Shown: positions 19,716-32,631, counted from the stretch's first letter. The stretch is 64,000 nt of DNA from Actinomycetota bacterium (GCA_030838475.1 JAUZFP010000054.1:48850-112849); one strand, 5' to 3'. The notes: generated by a model not told the origin, from the sequence alone. Numbers and translations are program-made.

Positions 19716-20837
19716 ATGACAACGCAGTTTGATCCGGTCTGGCGCGCTATCGAGGATTCCGTCGCATCGGGTCGAGCGCCCGGCATGGTCGCCGGCATCC
19801 GCCATCAGGGCGTCATCGAAATCTTCGCCACCGGTGTGCTCGCGGTCGGATCATCCGAGCCGATGACGGCGGACACCCCGTTTCGCATCGCCTCGCTCAG
19901 CAAACTGTTTCTCGGGGCGCTGGCGGCATCCATGTTGTCGGATGGGGTGTTCGGCCTCGAGGATCCGGTCGACAACTGGCTGCCCGAGCTCTCGAGCCCG
20001 CGGGTACTCGTGCGAGCGGATGCGCCGCTCGACGAGACGGTCGCCGCCGACCGGCCGATCACCATTCGCCACCTGCTCACCCTCACCCACGGGCTGGGTG
20101 TGATCTTCGAGCCGACGCCGCTGTCGACCGCGATGTTCGAGGGGGGAGTCGCGGCCAGTGCGATTCCGCCGCAGCTCAGCCCCGACGAATACCTGGCCGC
20201 AGTCGGCGCGCTGCCGCTCGCCCACCAGCCCGGCGAACGCTGGATGTACAACATGGGCTGCGACATCCTCTCGGCGCTGCTCCCCCGCATCGCCGGCGAA
20301 TCGCTGCTCGACCTGCTGCGCGCGCGCATCTTCGAGCCGACAGGAATGACCGGAACCTCCTTCTCCTCCACCGGCCTGCCGACCGAGTACTTCGGAACGT
20401 CGGACGGCATCGAGGAGCTCGAGGAGATGAAGGGCGTCTACGAGAAGGATCCGCCCTTCCAGTCGTTGGCCGGCGGTCTCGTCTCCACCGTGCCCGACTA
20501 CCTGCGGTTCCTCTCCGCGCTGACGGACGGCAAACTGATTCCCAACGACCTTCGGGCCGCCATGACATCGGACCAGCTCACCGAATCACAGCGCGAAGGA
20601 ACCGAGTTGTTTTTCGGGCCGGGCGCCTCGTGGGGCTGGGAGACCGGCGTCGTCACGGCGGGCACCAAACCCGGCGCATCCGCTGGCAGCTACGGCTGGA
20701 ACGGCGGCACCGGAACGACCGCGTTCGTCGACCCCTCCAACGACCTGCTCGGCGCCATCTTCACCCAGCGGATGATGGCGGGGCCGCAGGACAACTTCGA
20801 CTACTTTATGGACCCCGTCGCGACCGCTATCGGCTGA
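19716..20837 (+). CDS. Serine hydrolase, beta-lactamase family
   Basis: FRIASLSK (SxxK), TIRHLLT, PGERWMYN, YGWNGGTGT. Confidence 0.9.
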   Translation: MTTQFDPVWRAIEDSVASGRAPGMVAGIRHQGVIEIFATGVLAVGSSEPMTADTPFRIASLSKLFLGALAASMLSDGVFGLEDPVDNWLPELSSPRVLVRADAPLDETVAADRPITIRHLLTLTHGLGVIFEPTPLSTAMFEGGVAASAIPPQLSPDEYLAAVGALPLAHQPGERWMYNMGCDILSALLPRIAGESLLDLLRARIFEPTGMTGTSFSSTGLPTEYFGTSDGIEELEEMKGVYEKDPPFQSLAGGLVSTVPDYLRFLSALTDGKLIPNDLRAAMTSDQLTESQREGTELFFGPGASWGWETGVVTAGTKPGASAGSYGWNGGTGTTAFVDPSNDLLGAIFTQRMMAGPQDNFDYFMDPVATAIG

Positions 20838-21772
20838 GGCACCGGCTCGATCGGAACATCCACCTTCTCGGCGCGCACCAGCGCGATGCCGCCCAGGATC
20901 AGGATGCCGCCGATCAGCTGCGGGATCGTGAGGTCCTCGCCGAGCAGCAGCCAGGCGTAGAGCGCCGCGAAGACGACCTCGAGCAGGCCCATGAACGACG
21001 ACAGGCGCGAGCCGAGAACCTCGCTCGCGGTGATGCTGGCCGCGTAGGCGAGGCCCGTGCCGATGACCCCGACCAGCACTAGAGGTACCCACCACGGGGC
21101 GCCGCCGCCGAAGATGTCGACCGTGCCGAAGTGCATCCGGAACGGGACCAGTCCGGTCAGCCCGACCACGCCGAGGGCGAGACCGCCGAGGACCAGGCCG
21201 CTGCCCGCGAGCGCGACGGGTGGGAGACCCTCGCTCGGCTTCGCGGCGATGACGTAGTAGACGGCGCATCCGACCGCACCGAGGCAGGCGAAGATGAGGC
21301 CCGCGATGTTGATTCCGCCGTGGCCGTTCGGGCCGACGACGAGAACGAGGCCGACCAGAGCGACACCCGAGCCGACCAGAACGACGGCCTTCGGCACGCG
21401 TCGGGATCGCGCCCAGGCGAACGCCACTAGGAGAAGCGGTGCCATGTACTCGATCAGGATGGCCGTGCTCACCGGCACGAGGCTGATGGCCGTGATGTAG
21501 ACGAGCTGGGTGGCGGCGACGCCGATAAGCGCCATGAGGAGCACGCGCCAGCGGGCGTGCCACAGGGCGGCCCAGCGACCGCGGAGGGCGACGATCGTGA
21601 ACGGCAGCAGTACGACGGCACCGATGAGCGCGCGGAATGTCACGGCCGCGGCGGGGCTCCAGCCGCTCTCGAGGAGCGGCTTCAGGAACGCGCCGGACGT
21701 GCCGAACGACGCCGCCGCGACGACCGCGATGACGAGGCCGACAGTAGTCGACGGACGCTTAACCTGTACCAC
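20801..21772 (-). CDS. EamA/DMT-family transporter
   Basis: About 10 TM helices; AILIEYMAPL and LLEVVFAALYAWLLLGE motifs. Confidence 0.9.
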   Translation of the reverse strand: MVQVKRPSTTVGLVIAVVAAASFGTSGAFLKPLLESGWSPAAAVTFRALIGAVVLLPFTIVALRGRWAALWHARWRVLLMALIGVAATQLVYITAISLVPVSTAILIEYMAPLLLVAFAWARSRRVPKAVVLVGSGVALVGLVLVVGPNGHGGINIAGLIFACLGAVGCAVYYVIAAKPSEGLPPVALAGSGLVLGGLALGVVGLTGLVPFRMHFGTVDIFGGGAPWWVPLVLVGVIGTGLAYAASITASEVLGSRLSSFMGLLEVVFAALYAWLLLGEDLTIPQLIGGILILGGIALVRAEKVDVPIEPVPQPIAVATGSIK

Positions 21773-21810
21773 CCGTTTGACGCTAGTCTGGTATTTAGTA
21801 AGGAGTCAAA

Positions 21811-22362
21811 TTGCATTTTGCCCCTGACGTGGAAGAGACGCTCAACTTCGCGGCCGCGCTGCTCAACACCCGCCCGGATGCCTCGCGCAGCGGAACGGAC
21901 GAGCTCGTCTCGGTCGACGAACTGCATCGCCTGCTCGACGCAAATCGCTACGGCGGGACCCGCGATCGCTCAGAGTCCGAACGGCGCACCGTCGTCGAAA
22001 CCCGCGACCAGTTGCGCGCGCTGTGGACTCTCGAACGGGACGATCTCGTCCGCGGGATCAACGACATCCTTCGCGAAGCGGATGCCCTCCCCCAGCTGGT
22101 CCGGCACGACGAGTTCGACTGGCACATCCACGCGACCCCGCTGGACGCACCGCTGGCGGAGCGCATCCGGGTCGAGGTGGCGCTCGCCCTCGTCGACATC
22201 ATCCGAGCCAGCGCGACCGACCGGCTGCGCGTCTGCGAGGCGCATGACTGTGACGGAGTACTCGTCGACCTGTCGCGGAACGGGTCGAAGCGGTTCTGCA
22301 CGGTGCGCTGCGGCAACCGGATGAACATGATCGCCTACCGGGAACGGCAGGGGTCGATCTAG
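21811..22362 (+). CDS. ABATE/CGNR zinc-finger protein
   Basis: C..HDC...VDLSRNGSKRFCTVRCGNR; divergent from the EamA gene. Confidence 0.92.
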   Translation: MHFAPDVEETLNFAAALLNTRPDASRSGTDELVSVDELHRLLDANRYGGTRDRSESERRTVVETRDQLRALWTLERDDLVRGINDILREADALPQLVRHDEFDWHIHATPLDAPLAERIRVEVALALVDIIRASATDRLRVCEAHDCDGVLVDLSRNGSKRFCTVRCGNRMNMIAYRERQGSI

Positions 22363-22968
22363 CTAGTTCTTGGCCAGGCCCTTGATCGTGGTGATCGCGC
22401 GGTTGAAACCGATGCTGGTGAGCGACGATCCGGCGACCGGTCCGACGTTCAGGCTGTCGATGTCCTTGCCAACCACAATGTCCTGGATCCCGCCCTCGAA
22501 CGCGGTCTCATAGGCCGCTGCCGTGGAGTCGATCTTCACGCTCGTGACAGCGAGCGCGGTGATGACGTCGTTAGCCATGTCGATCGTGACGCGCAGCGTC
22601 TCGTGGCCACCGGGCGAGTTGTACGTGCCGGTCGCGCTGTAGTTGCCGTCCTTGTAGGTGGACGTCGGAGCGGCTGGTGGCGGCGGAGTGGCCGACGGGC
22701 TCGACGACGGTGATGCGGATGGCGCGGGCGCAACCACTTTGGTCGGTGCGGTGGTCGGCTTCGCGGTTGCCGTCGGGGCGGATGTCGCGACAGCGGTCGC
22801 GGTGTCGGACGGTGTCGGCTTTGCCGCTACCGGAGCAGCCGTCTTCGAGTCGTCACCGAAGCCCGTGACGGTCGCGTCGACGGTCTGCACACCGCAACCC
22901 GCGAGCGCGCCGACGAGCGCGACCCCAGAAACGGCCGCGAGCGTGATTCGAGCGCCACGTACGTACAT
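22363..22968 (-). CDS. Lipoprotein with C-terminal FMN-binding domain
   Basis: Lipobox LAGC; Pro/Thr linker; YKDGNYSATGTY.SPGG...VAGSSLTS.GFN.A. Confidence 0.8.
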   Translation of the reverse strand: MYVRGARITLAAVSGVALVGALAGCGVQTVDATVTGFGDDSKTAAPVAAKPTPSDTATAVATSAPTATAKPTTAPTKVVAPAPSASPSSSPSATPPPPAAPTSTYKDGNYSATGTYNSPGGHETLRVTIDMANDVITALAVTSVKIDSTAAAYETAFEGGIQDIVVGKDIDSLNVGPVAGSSLTSIGFNRAITTIKGLAKN

Positions 22969-23050
22969 CGATTCCCCCACACCCGATGGTGACAGAACCG
23001 TCCGCCGCCGCACACTCCCCCGTACGAGTGCTAGACAACAGCCTCCGGAA

Positions 23051-24586
23051 TCAGGTGAGAGCGGGCGCCTGGCTCAGCAGGGTGTGGCCCCATTTGTCGA
23101 CCAGCAGGCGCTCGAGGGTGGCCCCGAGCTTGTAGAGCCGGTCATCCGCCCGGGCCGGCGCCATGATCTGGATGCCGGTCGGCAGGCCGTCCTCGGGGGC
23201 GAGCCCCATCGGCAGGCTCATGCCCGGAATTCCCGCGAGGTTGGCCGGGATCGTGGTGACGTCGTTGAGGTACATGGCGAGCGGGTCCTCGACCTTCTCC
23301 CCGAGCCTGAACGCCGTCGTGGGCGCCGCGGGGCTGACGAGCACGTCGGCCTGGGCGAACGCGGCGGCGAAGTCGCGCTGGATGAGAGTACGTACCTTTT
23401 GCGCGCTGCCGTAGTAGGCGTCGTAGTAGCCGGCGCTGAGCGCGTAGGTGCCGAGGATGATGCGGCGTTTGACCTCTGGACCGAATCCAGCCTCGCGGGT
23501 TGCGGACATGACGTCCTCGACCGTCCCTCCCCCCACAGGGTTCACCCGCAGACCGAATCGGACAGAATCGAATTTCGCGAGGTTGCTGGATGCCTCGGCC
23601 GGAAGGATCAGGTAGTAGGCAGCGACCGCGTAGTCGAAGTTGGGTGCACTCACCTCGACGATCTCGGCACCCGCGCCCTCGAGAATGGCGAGGGTCTCGT
23701 GAAAGCGCTGGCTGACCCCGGCCTGGAAGCCCGGGGCATCAAGCTCCTTGACAACACCAATACGAAGTCCCTTGAGGTTCTCCTGCAGCGCGCCTGCGCG
23801 AGCGGCATCGGCGAAGCTCGGCCAGGTGTCGGTGAGACTCGTGGAGTCGCGCGGGTCATGCCCGCCGATGATGTCGTGGACGAGTGCCGCGTCGAGCACC
23901 GTTCGGCTGACGGGGCCGACCTGGTCGAGCGAGCTGGCCAGCGCGATCGCGCCGTAGCGGGAGACGCCGCCGTAGGTGGGCTTCACTCCGACGCTGCCCG
24001 TGACGGCGGCAGGCTGGCGGATGGACCCGCCGGTGTCCGAGCCGAGGGCGATGGGGGCCTCGAACGCGGCGACGGCCGCGGCCGAACCTCCGCCGGAGCC
24101 GCCCGGGATCCGGTCGAGGTCCCACGGGTTATGGGTTGCGCCGTAGGCGGAGAACTCGGTGGATGATCCCATCGCGAACTCGTCCATGTTGGTCTTGCCG
24201 AGGAGCACGAGGTTCGCTGCGCGCAGGCGAGCCACGACGGTCGCGTCGTATGGCGGAACCCAGCCCTCGAGGATGCGCGAGCCCGCGGTGCTCGGCATTC
24301 CGAGGGTGCAGAGCACGTCCTTGATCGCGATCGGCACGCCGGCGAGGAGGCCCAGCTTCTCGCCCGCCTTGCGCTTGGCGTCCACGGATGCCGCGGTCTC
24401 GAGTGCCTTGTCGTTGAGGTGAAGGAAGGCGTGCACTCCGCCATCGACCGCGGCGATGCGGTCGAGGTGCGCCTGCGTGACCTCGACCGAGCTGACCTCG
24501 CCGGAATCGAGCTTCTGTGCGAGCTCGGCTGCGGTGAAGGTGTTCAGGGCGCCGGCGGTGCCGGTCGCGTTGGTGGGCGCAGCCAT
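23051..24586 (-). CDS. gatA: Asp/Glu-tRNA amidotransferase subunit A
   Basis: [56 protein letters not shown]. Confidence 0.98.
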   Translation of the reverse strand: MAAPTNATGTAGALNTFTAAELAQKLDSGEVSSVEVTQAHLDRIAAVDGGVHAFLHLNDKALETAASVDAKRKAGEKLGLLAGVPIAIKDVLCTLGMPSTAGSRILEGWVPPYDATVVARLRAANLVLLGKTNMDEFAMGSSTEFSAYGATHNPWDLDRIPGGSGGGSAAAVAAFEAPIALGSDTGGSIRQPAAVTGSVGVKPTYGGVSRYGAIALASSLDQVGPVSRTVLDAALVHDIIGGHDPRDSTSLTDTWPSFADAARAGALQENLKGLRIGVVKELDAPGFQAGVSQRFHETLAILEGAGAEIVEVSAPNFDYAVAAYYLILPAEASSNLAKFDSVRFGLRVNPVGGGTVEDVMSATREAGFGPEVKRRIILGTYALSAGYYDAYYGSAQKVRTLIQRDFAAAFAQADVLVSPAAPTTAFRLGEKVEDPLAMYLNDVTTIPANLAGIPGMSLPMGLAPEDGLPTGIQIMAPARADDRLYKLGATLERLLVDKWGHTLLSQAPALT

Positions 24587-24921
24587 TACTGCTCCTCGCC
24601 CAGGATCGCGGTGACCCGGAAGCGGCTGCCGTCGTGATCCGGAGCGCCTGCCAGCGCCTCGGCGGTGGTCAGCGTCGGGCCGGGCACATCGTCGCGGTAC
24701 ACGTTGATCAACGGGATGGGGTGGCTCGTGCCCGGAACATCCGCCGTCGCGACTTCGCTCACCTTGTCGATGCTGGCGAGGATGATGCCGAGCTCGCCGG
24801 TCAACTTCACGATCTCATCCTCGGTCAGGCCGATGCGGGCAAGCTCGGCGAGGTGTCGCACCACATCGGGTGTGAGGGCTGCGCCCTCAGACTCCCGCGG
24901 TGCTGGCGTGGACTCTGACAT
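24586..24921 (-). CDS. gatC: Asp/Glu-tRNA amidotransferase subunit C
   Basis: [12 protein letters not shown]...[14 protein letters not shown]...[11 protein letters not shown]; coupled to gatA. Confidence 0.95.
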   Translation of the reverse strand: MSESTPAPRESEGAALTPDVVRHLAELARIGLTEDEIVKLTGELGIILASIDKVSEVATADVPGTSHPIPLINVYRDDVPGPTLTTAEALAGAPDHDGSRFRVTAILGEEQ

Positions 24922-25061
24922 GTGGCTCCGGACGGCTCGATGGACAACCCGTCAATTCTACGGGGCGCACAAAGCTGGCCCTCCCGCTTCCCATGGAGGT
25001 CTGTCAGAGTTAACCTGCGACAAATGGAGCAGGTGGTGCGGTGATGCACGGCGGGAAACGG

Positions 25062-25868
25062 ATGAAGGCGGTCGTCCGCCCCCTCACCTGCGCCCTCGCA
25101 CTCTCTGCCTGCATCTCCGGGTGCACCGCCGCGCCGGCCACCGCGGGCGCACCGGACCCCGGCCTGCGCGGCCAGTGGGTGCTGGAAAGCGGGCACGACG
25201 GTTACGGTGTCATGGACCTGCTCGGCCAGGACATCACGCTGACCGTCACCGGCAGCACGATCTCGACCGGTCGCGGCAGCTGCTCCAACTACACCGCGAC
25301 CATCTACGGGTCCGAGCGATCGCTGTGGGTCACCCCCGCCGCACCCCGAAGCTTCGGTTGTGCGACCGCCGAGCAGACCGTCCTCCAGTTGCAGTACCTC
25401 GCCGACCTGAAAGCGGTGCAGCACTCCGCGGTGACGGCGGCCGGACTCCAGCTGAGCGGGCCCGACGTGGTCCTGCAATTCACCCGCGCGACGCCGCTGT
25501 CGCTCAACCAACTCGTCGACAAGACGTGGCAACTCAAGAGCGGGTCAAACCTCAGCCTGCACGGACCGTCCAAATTTGCCGCCGAGACCGGTGGATACAT
25601 CCGGTTCGAGTCGAAGACATCGCTGTCCGGAGTCACGAAATGCGTGTATTTCACGGCCGACTACCGGCAGGTCGCCAACGAACTCGTCGCCAGCAACGTG
25701 CTAGCCATCGACAGCATCGGATGTGATCGGTCCACCGATCAGGCGGCGAAAGACTTCACCCGGGTGTTCGACGGAGGGTTCCGCTTCTCCCTCGATCGCA
25801 CCTCGCTCGCCCTGACCAGCTCGAGGGCCGGACTGCAACTCGGATTCAACGAACTGGGGACCCCATGA
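25062..25868 (+). CDS. META-domain lipoprotein 1 (two domains)
   Basis: Lipobox ISGC; DPGLRGQWVL; CSNY..T...C; second module TWQL...C..F...C. Confidence 0.75.
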   Translation: MKAVVRPLTCALALSACISGCTAAPATAGAPDPGLRGQWVLESGHDGYGVMDLLGQDITLTVTGSTISTGRGSCSNYTATIYGSERSLWVTPAAPRSFGCATAEQTVLQLQYLADLKAVQHSAVTAAGLQLSGPDVVLQFTRATPLSLNQLVDKTWQLKSGSNLSLHGPSKFAAETGGYIRFESKTSLSGVTKCVYFTADYRQVANELVASNVLAIDSIGCDRSTDQAAKDFTRVFDGGFRFSLDRTSLALTSSRAGLQLGFNELGTP

Positions 25869-26350
25869 AAAAGGTGTCGCTGTTGAGCCGCATCGGCGCG
25901 ATGCTTGGCTCCGTGCTCATCGTGACCGCCCTCGCCGCGTGCGCCAGCGCGGGCGGCGGCTCCGGACACGGTGGCTCGGGACCCGACGGCCCCGGCTCGG
26001 GCTCCCCGGAGGACATCACCGGCAACTGGAAGCTCGTCGGCGGCACCGATGCGAAAGGCGACATCACGTCCGGCAGCGCCGTCGTGACGTTCACCTTCAA
26101 CGGGCAAAGCTCCGGCGGACACGGGCCCTGCAATTCCTTCGGCGCGACCGCGACCGGAACCACCACCGGCACGATCGCCATTGTCGTCGGCATCCACACC
26201 GAGATCGCCTGCGTCGACCCCGAGCTGAATGCGAACGAGAGCCGCTACTTCGCCGCGCTCGACAAGGTCACGACGGCCGCTCTGGACAACGGCCGGCTCA
26301 CGCTGACCGGAGACGGCGACACCCTCACCTTCACCCGGGCGACGAAATGA
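25865..26350 (+). CDS. META-domain lipoprotein 2 (single domain, HslJ-like)
   Basis: Lipobox LAAC; GNWKL; GGHGPCNSF; TEIAC...ESRYFAAL; LTLT; ATGA overlap. Confidence 0.85.
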   Translation: MKKVSLLSRIGAMLGSVLIVTALAACASAGGGSGHGGSGPDGPGSGSPEDITGNWKLVGGTDAKGDITSGSAVVTFTFNGQSSGGHGPCNSFGATATGTTTGTIAIVVGIHTEIACVDPELNANESRYFAALDKVTTAALDNGRLTLTGDGDTLTFTRATK

Positions 26351-27129
26351 GAGCTCTCGCGGCGGCCGCGGTAGCGGTAGCCGCCATACTCGCCATCTCC
26401 GGATGCGCCAACGCGCGACCGACATCCAGCCCCGACCCCCAACTGCTCGGCACCTGGCACCTCGTGCTCGCAACCGACCGCGGCGCAACCGTCGCATCCG
26501 GCGCCGAAGACATCACCCTCACCATCGGAGACTCGAAGCACACCGGCGGGGCATCCCCGTGCGCCCAGTACCGGGCAACCATCACCGGCGGCATCGGGGC
26601 CGTCTTCGTCGATGCCTCCTTCGTCGGCCGAAACATCCGGTGCACCGACCCCGGGCTCACCAAGATCGACAACCAGTACCTCGACGCGCTCGGCTCCGCA
26701 AGCGTCGCAAGCATCGACGACGGGGTGCTCGTGCTCAGCTCACCCCACTCCTCGCTCGTGTACCTGAAACCGGCGCTGAGTTCGACGGGCACACTCCAGA
26801 ACACGAGGTGGGCCCTCGTGCAACCACCCGACCTGCTCGAAACGACCGCGGTGAGCCTCACCTTCGGAGCCGTCAATCAACTCACCGTCGCCACCTCCTG
26901 CGGCACAACCATCGCCCACTACCTCCTGATCGAAGACATCATCATCCTGCGCGGCGTCGCGACGACACCGATCGGAACGCACACCTGCACGCCCGCCGAC
27001 CGAATGGCGCAGGCCATCCTCACCGGGCAGCTCACCGCGGATGTCAGCTCAGCGACAATCGCCGGACCCGCCACGCTCATCCTCACCAACCGTGCCAACG
27101 AAGAACCACTGCTCTGGCGGGCCAACTGA
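26347..27129 (+). CDS. META-domain lipoprotein 3
   Basis: ATGA overlap; lipobox ISGC; DPQLLGTWHL; GGASPCAQY; DNQYLDAL. Confidence 0.78.
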   Translation: MRALAAAAVAVAAILAISGCANARPTSSPDPQLLGTWHLVLATDRGATVASGAEDITLTIGDSKHTGGASPCAQYRATITGGIGAVFVDASFVGRNIRCTDPGLTKIDNQYLDALGSASVASIDDGVLVLSSPHSSLVYLKPALSSTGTLQNTRWALVQPPDLLETTAVSLTFGAVNQLTVATSCGTTIAHYLLIEDIIILRGVATTPIGTHTCTPADRMAQAILTGQLTADVSSATIAGPATLILTNRANEEPLLWRAN

Positions 27130-27980
27130 TGACCGGCGGAGGTGGAAGGATCGCGGCGCGCGGGCTGGCCGTCCTCGCGGTCGCCACCGTCGCGGTCGCG
27201 CTCGCGCTGACCGGATGCGCGGCGCCCGGCCGGGTGTCCGTCTCCGACCCCAAACTGCAGGGCACCTGGCACCTGGCGTCGGCCAGTGACCACGGACTGG
27301 GTATTCCGCTCGCCGGCAACTCGATCACGCTCCGGATCGGCGACGCAGCACACACCGGGGGCGACTCGCCGTGCAGCAGCTACAGCGCTACGGTGACCGG
27401 CGGGGTGGGTGTCGTCTACATCCGGGCGAGGCTCACCGGAGGGGCCCGCGACGACTGCGCGACCGCCCAACTGAACCTGATCGAGAAAAACTACCTCGAC
27501 GCTCTCACCTCGTCGCGCTACGCCGAGGTCGACCAGGGCTCGCTGATCCTCAGCTCGCCACAGTCGTACCTCGTCTTCGTCAAGGCGGCGGAGACCCCGG
27601 TCGTCTCGCTCCTGAACTCGAGCTGGCGGCTCTACGCGCTGCCAACCCAGGTACCCAACGAGACCGTCGGCCCAGGACTCAACCCCGTCTACCTGCGGTT
27701 CGACGGCGGATCCGGAGTCACAATCAGCTCACCGTGCGCCACCTTCGCCGCCAACTACCAGGTCGAGGGCGAGAACTTCGCGGTATCCGTGGAGCACGTC
27801 ATCCCCGGGCACAGCGCGCTCTGCACACCCGCCGAACGCAGCCTCGCGGCGGCCGCCGCAGTCCTCCTCGACGGGCCACTGCTCATCGACGTCAGCTCCG
27901 CGGGAAACGGCGACCCCGCCACCCTCGTCGTCACAAATCTTGACGAAAACGTGCCAATAGTCTGGCGTGCGGCCGATTGA
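27129..27980 (+). CDS. META-domain lipoprotein 4
   Basis: TGATG overlap; lipobox LTGC; DPKLQGTWHL; GGDSPCSSY; EKNYLDAL; closest in sequence to gene 3. Confidence 0.78.
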   Translation: MTGGGGRIAARGLAVLAVATVAVALALTGCAAPGRVSVSDPKLQGTWHLASASDHGLGIPLAGNSITLRIGDAAHTGGDSPCSSYSATVTGGVGVVYIRARLTGGARDDCATAQLNLIEKNYLDALTSSRYAEVDQGSLILSSPQSYLVFVKAAETPVVSLLNSSWRLYALPTQVPNETVGPGLNPVYLRFDGGSGVTISSPCATFAANYQVEGENFAVSVEHVIPGHSALCTPAERSLAAAAAVLLDGPLLIDVSSAGNGDPATLVVTNLDENVPIVWRAAD

Positions 27981-28017
27981 GATCTGCAACGGTGAGAGGC
28001 ATTCAGGAGGTGGCCTC

Positions 28018-28821
28018 GTGCATATTGCGAAGCGGCTGGTAGCCGGCGTCGGCGCCGGCGCAGTCCTCCTGCTGCTCGCGGCGTGCGCGTCCCCGCGGGA
28101 TGAGGGCGGACCCGATCCGGGGCTCCGCGGCCAGTGGGAGCTCCAGAGCGCGACCGACACCGGCGGCACGATCCCGCTCGCGAACCAGCTGATCACCCTG
28201 ACCATTGCCGGCGACAACTCCACCGCTGGGCGGTCAACTTGCAGCGACTACACCGCACACGTGTACGGCAACGTCACAACCCTGTGGGTCACGGCAACGC
28301 TGCCCGCCGTGCAGAACTGTGGCACCCAGATCCAGCAGGCCATCGAATACCGCTACATCAGTGACCTCAACCAGGTGCGCACATCCACGCTCACCGACGG
28401 CACCATGCACCTGCTCGCGCCGGGGATCGACCTCCAATTCCATCGCGCGCTTACCGTCCCGCTGAGCCTGGTGGTCGGAAAAACCTGGAACCTGGCGACG
28501 GTGGCACCCGACAGTTACTACGCGACCGCGAACCCCATCCCGGATCCCGAGACCGGAGCCTCAATACGGTTCTCGGCCGACGGAACCCTCACCGGCAGGA
28601 CAACCTGCAACATCTTCACCGGGCGATACCTGCAGAATGCCGGCGAAATCGTCGTGAAAAACCTCACGCAGAGAAACACCGGCTGCTCGGGGGCGGGAGC
28701 ACCAGCGGCGCAGACCCACCTGCTTCTCGTGCTGAACTCCGGGTTCACGTTCCTCTCCGGAACCAGCGACCTGAAGATCTCCAGCCCGCGCGCGGAACTC
28801 TCGCTCGGGTTTGTGGACTAA
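28018..28821 (+). CDS. META-domain lipoprotein 5
   Basis: AGGAGG SD then GTG; lipobox LAAC; DPGLRGQWEL; GRTTCNIFTGRY; closest in sequence to gene 1. Confidence 0.8.
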   Translation: MHIAKRLVAGVGAGAVLLLLAACASPRDEGGPDPGLRGQWELQSATDTGGTIPLANQLITLTIAGDNSTAGRSTCSDYTAHVYGNVTTLWVTATLPAVQNCGTQIQQAIEYRYISDLNQVRTSTLTDGTMHLLAPGIDLQFHRALTVPLSLVVGKTWNLATVAPDSYYATANPIPDPETGASIRFSADGTLTGRTTCNIFTGRYLQNAGEIVVKNLTQRNTGCSGAGAPAAQTHLLLVLNSGFTFLSGTSDLKISSPRAELSLGFVD

Positions 28822-28847
28822 CACCGCGTCGACCAGCGCTGTGTCGA

Positions 28848-30215
28848 CTAGCGCTGCACCAGGCCGGCCTGGTCGATACCGATCAGGGCCATGTTGCGGA
28901 TCGACTCCGTACCCGGGTCGAAGTATTCGTTGTGGCCGATCGACTGGCCGTACTTCTCGCCGGTGATCGGATCCGTGCCGCCGTTGACACCCATGGTGTG
29001 GGCGCCGTAGCTGGGCGCGGACGGGTCACTGCCGAAGAACGCGCTCGTCGGCACCGGATCCCACGCGGCCGAGCCCACCCAGACGTTGGTGTTCTTCACG
29101 TGCAGGTCGTTCGCGGACTGCGCCGAACTGCCGGGGGTACCGACCAGCACCAGCGCGTCGACGGAGAAGTTGTACTGGGTCAGCGCCATCAACGCCGCGG
29201 TCGAGCCGTAGCTGTGCGCGACGATCGTCGTGTACGGGAGGCGGCCGGCGCGCTGCAGCTGGAGCGCCTCAACGGAGCTTGCGAGCGCATCCCGGGCCTC
29301 GTTTGCAAGGTCGAGCGAGCCGATGTTGGTGAGGTCGGGGGTCTGGTAACCCATCCACGCGACGACCGCGACGGTCTTGTGGGCGGCCGACGGGTCGGTG
29401 GCGCACAGGCGCTTCAGCCAGGCCTCCTGCTGCGCGTACAGGTCCGCCGCATCGCCGGTCCACGCCGACAGCTGGCCGTCGACCGTGTAGAACATTCCGG
29501 GCACGAGGTAGGTGACGTAGTCGGCAGTCTGCAGGTTGCCGAGAACAATCACCGCCTTGCCCTCGCCGGAAGGATCGGCCGACAGCAGTGAGCGCGTTGG
29601 GCCGTTCTTTGTGGGCTTGAGCGCCGCCTCGACCATGGTGAGCATGTGCAGCTGGTGCTGGTTGGATTCGGCGACCGCGCGCCCATCCACGGTCGGCAGC
29701 TGCTTCTTGAGGTCCGCGATGGACTGGCTCACCCACTCGCGGTTGGCCTTGTCGCGAATCGCGGCCGGAAATCCGTCGAGACCGCCGACGAGCCGCGGTG
29801 CGGCACTCGTCAGCTTGGAGCGGGTCGAGGAATCCAGCGAGCTCCACAGGGCGGCCACATCCCGAGCGTTCGGCGGTGTCTGAAGCAGTTTGGTGACGAG
29901 GTGCGGGTCGGATGCGATCAGCTTCCTGATCTGGCCGGACGAGAGCGCGGCCAGCTCGCGAACCAGCGAGATTCCGCTGAGGGTCCGCACCTCGGCGGGA
30001 CCGGAAATGCCGAGGGTCAGGCTCGAAATCGGGGTGCCGTGAGCCAGCGCGCCCGGGTCGACGAGGATGCCGGAGCCGATATTCGTGACCGGCGGAACAC
30101 TGCTGCCCGGGTCGAGCGGAAGGCTGATGGAAACGCTTTCGGGCGCCACAGAAGCCTCGGCCGCGGGTCCCAGTGCCGCCGAGGTGATGAGAAGCGCTGC
30201 GACGTCAAACAGCAA
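28848..30215 (-). CDS. Alpha/beta hydrolase (DUF1023/Abhydrolase_8-like), probably exported
   Basis: VAVVAWMGYQTP, VAHSYGS nucleophile elbow, DPV, GHNEYF. Confidence 0.85.
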   Translation of the reverse strand: MLFDVAALLITSAALGPAAEASVAPESVSISLPLDPGSSVPPVTNIGSGILVDPGALAHGTPISSLTLGISGPAEVRTLSGISLVRELAALSSGQIRKLIASDPHLVTKLLQTPPNARDVAALWSSLDSSTRSKLTSAAPRLVGGLDGFPAAIRDKANREWVSQSIADLKKQLPTVDGRAVAESNQHQLHMLTMVEAALKPTKNGPTRSLLSADPSGEGKAVIVLGNLQTADYVTYLVPGMFYTVDGQLSAWTGDAADLYAQQEAWLKRLCATDPSAAHKTVAVVAWMGYQTPDLTNIGSLDLANEARDALASSVEALQLQRAGRLPYTTIVAHSYGSTAALMALTQYNFSVDALVLVGTPGSSAQSANDLHVKNTNVWVGSAAWDPVPTSAFFGSDPSAPSYGAHTMGVNGGTDPITGEKYGQSIGHNEYFDPGTESIRNMALIGIDQAGLVQR

Positions 30216-30366
30216 TTCGGGTCAATCCCCTCGTTCACACACCTGCTGGTTCTTTTCCCAGAGTGCATACAGGTGTGCAGTCCCATGTTAGGGGGTAGAA
30301 CCGCCCGTATGGGGGACACGCACGTTAAGACCACGTAACGGTTAGCGAAAGTTTTTCAGCAGTGCG

Positions 30367-32631
<2,265 letters not shown>

